A stretch of 64,000 nucleotides of DNA from Eledone cirrhosa (taxonomy: Eukaryota): NCBI GenBank assembly GCA_964016885.1, contig OZ024741.1:160704001-160768000 (forward strand). Direction: 5' to 3'. The position numbers and the translations under genes are program-made. This document shows positions 51,455-64,000 of this stretch, in pieces (within the stretch, counting starts at the first letter, position 1; every line of letters starts with the position of its first letter). Below the pieces are notes generated by a model. The model was not told the DNA's origin, searched no databases, and saw nothing but the letters and a program-made list of their open reading frames with translations.

Positions 51455-53688
51455 ATCCTAAAATAATTAATTTATCTAAAAGAGATCTTGACAATGATGA
51501 AATGCAAATTCTGTCAAAAGGACTGAAATTCACACCGACTCCAACAGTCAACCACCAAGAACTGAAGGAGGATACCCAAGAATTCTGTCGAAAATTACGT
51601 CTTGTAGAATTCTTCGCTGATAAAAATAATGAGAGTGATGAATCACTAGTAAAGAATAAATCAAATTTCACTCCGCCAAAAGGAAGAAATATCTATCTCG
51701 ACCAACACATTGACATCCTGTCTAAATTTCCTCTTAGACATAATACTAATGTTAGGCCAAACATTAACAAATCAGAAATGTCTGCACTTAAACGTATACA
51801 AAATGATAAAACAATAATAATTAAACAAGCAGATAAAGGGGGTGCAGTTGTTATAATGGATACTGAATACTACAAGGATTTGGTTGAGGAACAACTGAAA
51901 GACACAACATTCTATCATGAAATACCGTCAAATATAGACCACAACATCATGAAGAAGATCAACAACCTGGCTTCAAAATACCACAACTCATTTACTGATA
52001 AGGAAAGAGACTACATCACCAATTTTGAGCCGAAACCCAGCAACCTGTATGGCCTACCGAAAGTTCATAAGTCAAAAGAAATACAACTGGCAGTAAGAGA
52101 ACAAAACAGTGAGTACATTAAATTATTACACCCAAAAGACTTAAAACTTAGACCCATTATAGCTGGTCCAACATGCCCCACCCACCGTCTAAGCAATTTT
52201 GTTGACATTATTTTGAAACCACTATGTATTCACATACCCAGTTTCATCCGGGATGATATCAACTTCCTGTCCCATCTTCCCAAAACCACGGAAACGAATT
52301 CACTTCTACTCAGTTTTGATGTGGTAAGCCTTTACACCAACATTACACATGATTTAGGAATAAAGGCGGTTAAATACTGGGTGGAAAAACATAGAGAAGT
52401 GATTCCCATTAGATTCACAGCACCATTTATATTAGACGCAGTTAAACTTATTCTGGAAAACAACACTTTCTTCTTCAATGGAAAGAATTACATCCAAATT
52501 AGAGGCACAGCGATGGGAACGAAGTTTGCTCCCGTTTACGCGAACTCTGTAATGGGATACTTAGAACAACAACTCTACCAAGAAATAGAGGAAAAATATA
52601 GTACTGACTTTAGAAAGTACATTGAAAAATCTTGGAAGAGATACCTTGACGACTGTTTCATCATCTGGACAGAATCTCTAGATACTCTGGATGAGTTCAA
52701 TATCCTCCTGAATAACCTACACCCATCTCTCCAATTCACAAAAGAGATGAGTAGGACCAAATTACCATTCCTAGATATAATGATAATCAAAAACGACACC
52801 ACCATTACCACGGATATATATTATAAACACACAGACACCCATCAATATCTGAATTTTAAGTCGTGCCATCCACCTCATACAAAACGCAACATCCCATACT
52901 GCCTAGCCAGAAGAATTTGTACCATTGTAGAAGATACGAATACCAGGTACAAACGCCTAACAGAACTAAGAGAATTTTTGCTCAAGCAAAAATACCCATC
53001 TCTACTTATAGAAAATGGCATACAGCGGGCTATAAAAATACCTATACAACAACTTAGAACAACCCAAGGAAGAAGAAACCAAGAACTGGTCATACCATTT
53101 ATAATGACACACAACCCATGTCACCAGAATATCTTCAACACTGCCAAAGTAAACCTACCGATCATTGCTCAAAGTAATGAATTAAAAGGCTTAATCACAG
53201 ATCGATCTTTGACTCTTAGTAAAAGACAGCCAAAAAATTTGAAACAATTACTAACAAAAGCAAAATTTGACCTTAACAACAAAGACCAATCATTCACTGT
53301 ATCTAAATGCAATGATAGTCGATGCGGCACATGTCAATCCATACACGCCGGTCAATATATGAAAACAAAAACTGGAAAAATATTCCCAAATGCAAATATG
53401 AACTGCAAAAGCAGAAATCTAATTTACTGCATTAAATGCCCGAATTGTGAAGAACTATATGTCGGTCAAACTGGAAATGCACTATCGGAACGTGCACGGG
53501 TACACCGTCAACAAATCAGAGACCCAAATGTCCGTCAGATACCCCTAAGCAACCACCTAGCAACATGTGGTCAGGGAATATTTATAATATTCCCATTCTA
53601 CAAATTACACAGCCCAAGTGAAATCAAGAGAAAAATCAAAGAAAAGAATTTTATTGATAAATTCAAACCCAAGCTAAATGAACAATAA
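51361..53688 (+). CDS. PLE RT + GIY-YIG ORF (open from 51361, first ATG at 51502)
   Basis: IINLS..L...E..ILSKGLKFTPTP, IIKQADKGGAVV, YGLPKVHK, RPII, FDVVSLYTNI, GTAMGTKFAP.YAN, RYLDD, PFLD. C-x4-C-x2-C linker, then LIY.IKC..C...YVGQT...R...H. Confidence 0.95.
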   Translation, partial: TEKNPFFNVRTTKTGKRKTPGGNIPKTAVHVDPKIINLSKRDLDNDEMQILSKGLKFTPTPTVNHQELKEDTQEFCRKLRLVEFFADKNNESDESLVKNKSNFTPPKGRNIYLDQHIDILSKFPLRHNTNVRPNINKSEMSALKRIQNDKTIIIKQADKGGAVVIMDTEYYKDLVEEQLKDTTFYHEIPSNIDHNIMKKINNLASKYHNSFTDKERDYITNFEPKPSNLYGLPKVHKSKEIQLAVREQNSEYIKLLHPKDLKLRPIIAGPTCPTHRLSNFVDIILKPLCIHIPSFIRDDINFLSHLPKTTETNSLLLSFDVVSLYTNITHDLGIKAVKYWVEKHREVIPIRFTAPFILDAVKLILENNTFFFNGKNYIQIRGTAMGTKFAPVYANSVMGYLEQQLYQEIEEKYSTDFRKYIEKSWKRYLDDCFIIWTESLDTLDEFNILLNNLHPSLQFTKEMSRTKLPFLDIMIIKNDTTITTDIYYKHTDTHQYLNFKSCHPPHTKRNIPYCLARRICTIVEDTNTRYKRLTELREFLLKQKYPSLLIENGIQRAIKIPIQQLRTTQGRRNQELVIPFIMTHNPCHQNIFNTAKVNLPIIAQSNELKGLITDRSLTLSKRQPKNLKQLLTKAKFDLNNKDQSFTVSKCNDSRCGTCQSIHAGQYMKTKTGKIFPNANMNCKSRNLIYCIKCPNCEELYVGQTGNALSERARVHRQQIRDPNVRQIPLSNHLATCGQGIFIIFPFYKLHSPSEIKRKIKEKNFIDKFKPKLNEQ

Positions 53689-54069
53689 TAACGCTTAGGG
53701 GTATTACTTCTACTACCACTATGACCACGACCACTAACAACAACAACAACAATAATAATAATAATAATAATAAAAGTGATCTTGATGGTGATGATTAATA
53801 GAAAATGCTATTTTCATCATTTCTAAAAATAGCAAAACAATTGATGCTTTGGATATGATTATTGGTCGTTAGCATGCTCAACCAGCCGTGACGCTTAAAC
53901 TAATCAGCTTTAGTATATTCAGTGAAACTACACACTGATTGGTCGAAATAGAGTTTACAGGGCTTAGCATTCTGGAGCCACTTTTCTCTGTATAAAATGT
54001 ATAAAAGGTAGGAAATTTACCCATCTCATTACAATTAAAAATTGCAAACTCGACTGTCACCACGTATTA

Positions 54070-54108
54070 TGAACCTGAAGATTGCGAAAGCATGAAAGTA
54101 CTTGTTCA
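54070..54108 (+). ncRNA. Minimal hammerhead in the Neptune-type pLTR (inverted copy at 49565-49603, minus)
   Basis: TGAAC-CTGAAGA-t-TGC gaaa GCA-t-GAAAGTACTT-GTTCA. Palindromic AGTACT helix III. Confidence 0.82.
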
Positions 54109-54283
54109 ATTAACACTTAGAATTAAGTATTCTATCATACTATTTCATTATAATACCATTATATATTTTAAAGGATTGTAAATAAAACGAGTAAATCAGA
54201 CAAAGTTGGAATTCCTCTTATTAATATAATCTTCTATACACAATCAGACACACCCGTGTATATTTACCTATCTATATCTATAT

Positions 54284-57913
<3,630 letters not shown>

Positions 57914-58823
57914 TAATTATGTGTGGTTGATGGTATATTTGATTGGATTTTGCATGCTGCCGAAATGTTTGATAAATAGTGGAACGGAGCTGCCGCGAAG
58001 AGGCTACGATCAATTGTTTGTCAGAGATTTCCTCGTAAGAAAATTTATTCTTAAAGCTTGCTAAATTTTGTATATGGTTAATTATGCTAATTAGAAGAAG
58101 AAATAGTATATATTTTAATATCTGATTGATTCTATAGACATGATTTATGATATAACGCTCTGATTTTTTGATTTTAATTTATTAATTCTTCATTGAGCTT
58201 AAAAGTGAACAGTTGCAACATATATATATCTTTAATTTAATTTTATGTATGTGATAACCTTTATATTTAATAATCTCCCAATTGGTTGAGATTAAATTTG
58301 GCGATATTTGGCTGCGCTTTCTAGCAGCAAGCCTACCCGCCGTAAGCAACCAATTCACACGCTTTCTCTCTGGCTGGTAAACAGCTACATAGCGATTTTA
58401 GCCATTTTGGGATCTAAATTTGGCGCGGTCGGTTTGAGAAACTTAAATGTCTGATTTTGAGTTTATCTCCTGATGATCCTAACTCAGGATAATTCATATT
58501 ATTTGGATGTCCTAAATAAGGAAGAAACCATGGTAGAGATATAATTACGGTATGTGCGCATTTCTTCTAAGTTTAATTTTACTACTAATTATGTGTGGTT
58601 GATGGTATATTTGATTGGATTCTGCATGCTGCCGAAATGTTTGATAAATAGTGGAACGGAGCTGCCGCGAAGAGGCTACGATCAATTGTTCGTCAGAGAT
58701 TTCCCCGTAAGAAAATTTATTCTTAAAGCTTGCTAAATTTGATTTTGTATATGGTTAATTATGCTAATTAGAAGAAATAGTATTTATTTTAATATCTGAT
58801 TAATTCTATAGACATGATTTATG
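57914..58823 (+). mobile_element. Non-autonomous hammerhead element: 1.35 copies of a 672-bp unit
   Basis: Direct repeats at 57914-58149 and 58586-58823, with a hammerhead between them. (TA)n on both sides. Confidence 0.82.
58464..58541 (+). ncRNA. Type I hammerhead ribozyme motif with a long helix II
   Basis: TATCTC-CTGATGA-TCCT..AGGA-a-GAAAC-CATG-GTA-GAGATA. Perfect 6-bp stem I, palindromic ACCATGGT and a GUA triplet. Confidence 0.85.
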
Positions 58824-59760
<937 letters not shown>

Positions 59761-60528
59761 ATATAATATAATAAATAAATAACAAAGAACAAATAATATA
59801 ATAAATATATATATAATATAATAAATAAATAACAAAGAACACGTGCTGAACATATTGATGTGTACAATCTTGTGATGTCCCAATGCGGTGACTTAATGGC
59901 TCTTGAAGCTATTTTTTAATATATATCTTCTGTCTTTTTATATATATTTTGTATGCGCTACAACTGTATCTGCTTGCTTTAACCTCACGCTTGCTAATGC
60001 ATGTGAATTCTTCTACCTCCTTTGATGCACCTCTCTGACCATTTGACTCCTGCCCGTGTGTGAACCGGTTTGTGATTACCCCACCGCTCGAGTGATACTG
60101 GTGACTGTGACACTTAGTGCCTTCGTGGGCCCCTGATGTTTTCAAGAAATATATTTTAAAAAATTGGTGTGTGAACCGGTTTGTGATTACCCCACCGCTC
60201 AACTGTGTGAATGCACACCCATGACTTTCGAGTGAACTTTCGAGACTGCCCAACCTGGGACGCCTCCATTGCCTTGCAATGGTCAAGTGATACTGGTGAC
60301 TGTGACACTTAGTGCCTTCGTGGGCCCCTGATGTTTTCAAGAAATATATTTTGAAAAATTGGTCAAGTGATACACATAACTGTGACATTTAGTGCCTTCG
60401 TGGGCCCCTGATATATTCAAGAGATATATTCTAAAAAAATATATATCTTATCTCAATTTACTTTATTTCATTTTATTTTATTTCATTTCATGTTATCTAA
60501 TTTTATTTATTTACTTACTTGACTCCAT

Positions 60529-60563
<35 letters not shown>

Positions 60564-60632
60564 TATTTAAATTTAGATTTTAATTTTAAAATTTTAAAAT
60601 TTAAATTTTAATTTTATTTATTTATTTAATTT

Positions 60633-60676
<44 letters not shown>

Positions 60677-60991
60677 TTACATTTAATTACATTTAATTAT
60701 ACATATAATTATAATTATACATTTGATTTTAATTTTAATTTAGTCTATGTTATTTGATTTTAGTTTACCTTATTTTATCTTATTTTACGATTATACTATA
60801 TTATGTTCTATGTATATAATTTTTAATTTTTAATTTTATATTATTTTATCTCATTCCTTACCCTATATTTTATATTTTATATGTAAGTTTGTTATGTATT
60901 TCTTTGTATTTCTTTTTATATATATTATAAGTCTGTTTTTTTACCTATTTTTTACCTACTCTTACCTAATCCCATTATCTTATCTACTCTT

Positions 60992-61176
60992 GGGGCGGTG
61001 GATTGGCAGTATCGGTAGAGGGTCGGACGCCATGCTTTCCAGCATAGTTACGTCCCTTTACCATCTGAGTTCAAATCCCGCCGAGGTTGACTTTGCCTTT
61101 CATCCTTACGGGGTCGATAAAATAAAGTACCAGTAATGCACTGGTAATTGCTGGCCTTGTGTCTAAAGTAGAAACA
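60992..61176 (+). mobile_element. Full-length tRNA-derived SINE with an exact 18-bp TSD
   Basis: ATTATCTTATCTACTCTT at 60974-60991 and 61177-61194. A and B boxes present. Confidence 0.9.
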
Positions 61177-61473
61177 ATTATCTTATCTACTCTTGTCTCT
61201 TCTCTTATCCATGTGTCTACTCTTGTCTGTTCTCTTATCCATGTGTATGCTTGTATGTAACTATATGTTGACAGCACACCGCCCAACTGTGACTGATAGC
61301 ACCCCTTATTTTTTATTTTATTTTTATTTTTTATTTTTATTTTTATTTTTATTTTTATTTTTATTTTTACTTTTATTTTTATTTTTATTCTTATCCTCTA
61401 TCGTCTATTATTACCTTTCATTCTTCAATGTCTTGGATTTGTTATTGCTTGTATGGTATGTAATTAACCTTTA

Positions 61474-61519
61474 TGCTCTGATGAGTCCCACTTATAGTGT
61501 GGATGAAACAATGTTAGCA
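61474..61519 (+). ncRNA. Hammerhead motif in a solo pLTR-like segment
   Basis: TGCT-CTGATGA-GTCCcAC..GTgtGGAT-GAAAC-aat-GTT-AGCA. Confidence 0.72.
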
Positions 61520-61681
61520 AGTAAAGATATGCATATGCTATAAGCGTTCTTTGTTATTTATTTATTATATTACGGCTCTGTCCTCAGACATTGAGCTAAC
61601 CTCATACTGCCTGCTGGATAAGTGGAGTGTTATACACCCCTGATCCTTTCCCTAGCATACTATATATATACATACATATAC

Positions 61682-61714
<33 letters not shown>

Positions 61715-61799
61715 CATATCCATATATATATACATATCCATATATATATACATATATATATATATACATATCCATATATATATATACATATATATATAT

Positions 61800-62825
61800 T
61801 GTTATACTTTGGGAGGGTCATGTTGCCAATAAGAAACACACGCACCAGTTGCTTTCACTTCAATTTATTATATATTTATAAATTTATAAATTTACAAATC
61901 TACAAACTTATAAATTTCTGGTTGGTTGGTTGGTTGGTTCCACAACCAGATAGTTGTTTATATATAGTCATAGTCCTTTCGTCACACACTCTGTGACCTC
62001 TTCAGTCACTGGGGATTCCTTTCTTTGTTTCTGTGCCTTTCCTTTCTTCTGTCCTACGCCATTTTGTTTCTGTGTGTGTGTTGTGTGCTCAGTTTGCGCA
62101 TGCGCCACATCCGGGTGTCTGTGTGTGTTTGTGTTCATTTATCTATTTGTTTATTTATTTACATGTTGTTGGTTGGTTGTTTGTTCTATGTGTGTGTGTG
62201 TTTTCATTTTGTCCTTAATTGTAAGTTGTGATGTTGCTGTTCCACTCATATTTTCTATTTAATTTTGGTTGTAATTCTTTTATGCTTACTGCCTCTGTAA
62301 TTTGCCTAAACATTGCATCTTTTCTGTGTGTGGATTCTATTTTTATTTCTATGTTCTCTAATTTACCCTTGTGTTCTATCTTAGCATGTTGGTAGAGTAC
62401 AGATGATTCTTTATTATCTTGAAGGTCTCGCCAGTGTTCATTTATCCGTTCCCCTATACTACGAGCTGTCTCACCTATGTACACTATATTTTTGTTTCTA
62501 CATTGTCCTTCAGTACATCTTATGCTATACACTACATTTCTAGTTTTACAGTTAATATGGGGGCTTATTTTACAGGTTATACATTTCTTATCTATACATG
62601 GGGGTCTTTGGAACGGGTATGTCTTGCTAATAAGTGTTTTTACGGAGGTACCTGGTCTTTCTACTATCTTAATATTGAGTTTATGTTTCTTTAGGGCCCT
62701 TCTAAATTTGTAGGCTAGTTCACCTCTAGGGGTTGTATTGATGAACATTACAGTCTGGTATTTATTGCTATCATACCATGAGTTTATTCTATTGGCCTTG
62801 TTCCTAGTTCTTTCTATTCTTTCTA
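61800..62825 (-). mobile_element. Third Penelope-like element, 3' fragment (GIY-YIG domain + 3' UTR)
   Basis: ORF 62215-62748: C-x4-C-x2-C, NVVYSIRC..C..YIGETARS..ER..EH, RQITEAV.I....P.LNRKYEW. Hammerhead in the 3' UTR. Confidence 0.88.
61966..62010 (-). ncRNA. Minimal hammerhead in the 3' UTR of the third PLE
   Basis: AGTGA-CTGAAGA-g-GTCACA gagtg TGTGAC-GAAA-GGAC-TA-TGACT, with one stem I mismatch. Confidence 0.7.
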
Positions 62826-62834
62826 TTCTATTCC

Positions 62835-63382
62835 AATAGAAGCTTGAGGCAATCCAGCGAAGCTACACCAAGAGGATTGCCAAGATGAGGGAGACAAGCT
62901 ACTGGGAGAGGCTGAAGGAACTGAACCTCTACTCCTTGGAGCAAAGACGGGAGAGATACGCAGTGATCTACATGTGGAAAATCCTCGAGGGACTAGCACC
63001 AAACTTTGGCATTGGGAGCTGGACCAACCGTCGAACAGGACGTCACTGTGTGGTGCCAAAGGTCCCGTCTTCCACATCTAGAATAAGGAGCAGGTATTGC
63101 GATAGCCTGGGATTCAAGGGCCCTCAACTCTTCAACAGGTTGCCGAGGCATCTGAGAGACTTGCATGACGTGGAGGTGGATGTCTTTAAGAAACATCTCG
63201 ACACCTTGTTATCCAGGATCCCGGATGAGCCCACAGCAAGACACGAGGGAAACCTAAGGGCAGCAGCAACAAACTCCCTCTTACACCAGTGGCCAACCTA
63301 TACAGGCTGGAGATAAAATGTGTAGCAACAATAGCGGCGCCCCAGCATGCCCTCAGCCGGATGGCTGAAACAGGTGAAAGAA
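62835..63382 (+). mobile_element. CR1/L2-group LINE 3' fragment
   Basis: SYWERLKELNLYSLEQRRERY..IY.WKIL.GL, GPQLFNRLP, FKKHLD..L..IPDEP. Confidence 0.8.
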
Positions 63383-63395
63383 TATATATATATAC

Positions 63396-63485
<90 letters not shown>

Positions 63486-63540
63486 CATATATTTTATATA
63501 TATATATATACATACATATATATATATATACATACATATA

Positions 63541-63576
<36 letters not shown>

Positions 63577-63582
63577 CAGATA

Positions 63583-63654
<72 letters not shown>

Positions 63655-63679
63655 TATATACATATATATATGGTGGCTG

Positions 63680-63830
63680 CCAACTCGTTTTCGAGTACGG
63701 CCACTACTTTATATCCATGTAGGAGAACCCCTACCGATGCGCTGAACGAATGTGACTTTTAGTCCAGCCAGCGACTTGAAAACTCTGGTACAAAGACTAC
63801 ACTTGTGACCATTATTGACACATAGTGCAG
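63680..63830 (-). mobile_element. RTE LINE extreme 3' end (C2H2-like finger)
   Basis: [17 protein letters not shown](SH) with a frameshift. Confidence 0.5.
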
Positions 63831-64000
63831 GGCCATGGTACCATGTGATGACAAGTGCAGAGAGATCTCCAGATATAAAGCAATGCCTGTGCTGTGAAGC
63901 TTTTATAGTGAGCAAAGGCACTGCACAAAGCCAGTCCCACTCTCTTAACCAAGATGATATTTACCAAAAGAAGAACAAGTCAACATCATTGGATACCATC

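Larger units (their letters stand above)
49447..54283 (+). mobile_element. Penelope-like element, Neptune-type, with an inverted upstream pseudo-LTR and partial-tandem 3' extension
   Basis: 49447-50067 is the reverse complement of 53599-54226. 54221-54283 repeats the 5' leader at about 50099-50160. (TA)n arrays lie on both sides. Confidence 0.93.

Noticed and set aside
60992-61085. tRNA gene (A and B boxes)
   Set aside because: No cloverleaf, over-long box spacing, multiple copies and a TSD. It is a SINE head.
63680-63830. Continuation of the RTE interrupted at 38767
   Set aside because: Opposite orientation and the expected intervening sequence is missing, so the two cannot be linked from this window.

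Overview
AT-rich, repeat-dense animal DNA. The SINE/LINE types and very long (TA/CA) microsatellites suggest an octopod cephalopod, but that is an inference. One host gene can be reconstructed by hand: an 11-exon CRYZL1 (quinone oxidoreductase-like 1) on the minus strand, 36531->7814, 357 aa. Its intron 9 is a U12-type AT-AC minor-spliceosome intron. The rest is mobile DNA: a (TAA)n-flanked R4/Dong-type RLE LINE, RTE fragments (one family with a PHD finger inside the RT), CR1-, Tx1- and I-group fragments, tRNA-derived SINEs, piggyBac-like MITEs and a non-autonomous Helitron. The most striking feature is a Penelope-like element (PLE) and hammerhead ribozyme landscape, mostly in 38.8-63 kb and embedded in polarised (TA)nCA arrays. 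It includes a Naiad-type PLE with an open 716-aa RT+GIY-YIG ORF and a perfect 81-bp 5' hairpin. It also includes a Neptune-type PLE with an inverted pseudo-LTR and an upstream ORF1 joined to the RT ORF through a U_UUU_UUA slippery site in the correct -1 frame. A third PLE survives as a fragment. Across the window there are at least 11 recognisable type I hammerhead motifs, several in non-coding foldback or 1.3-mer 'retrozyme-like' elements. Two clear motifs and one degenerate motif lie sense-strand in CRYZL1 intron 1. All calls were made by eye; no database searches or folding programs were run.
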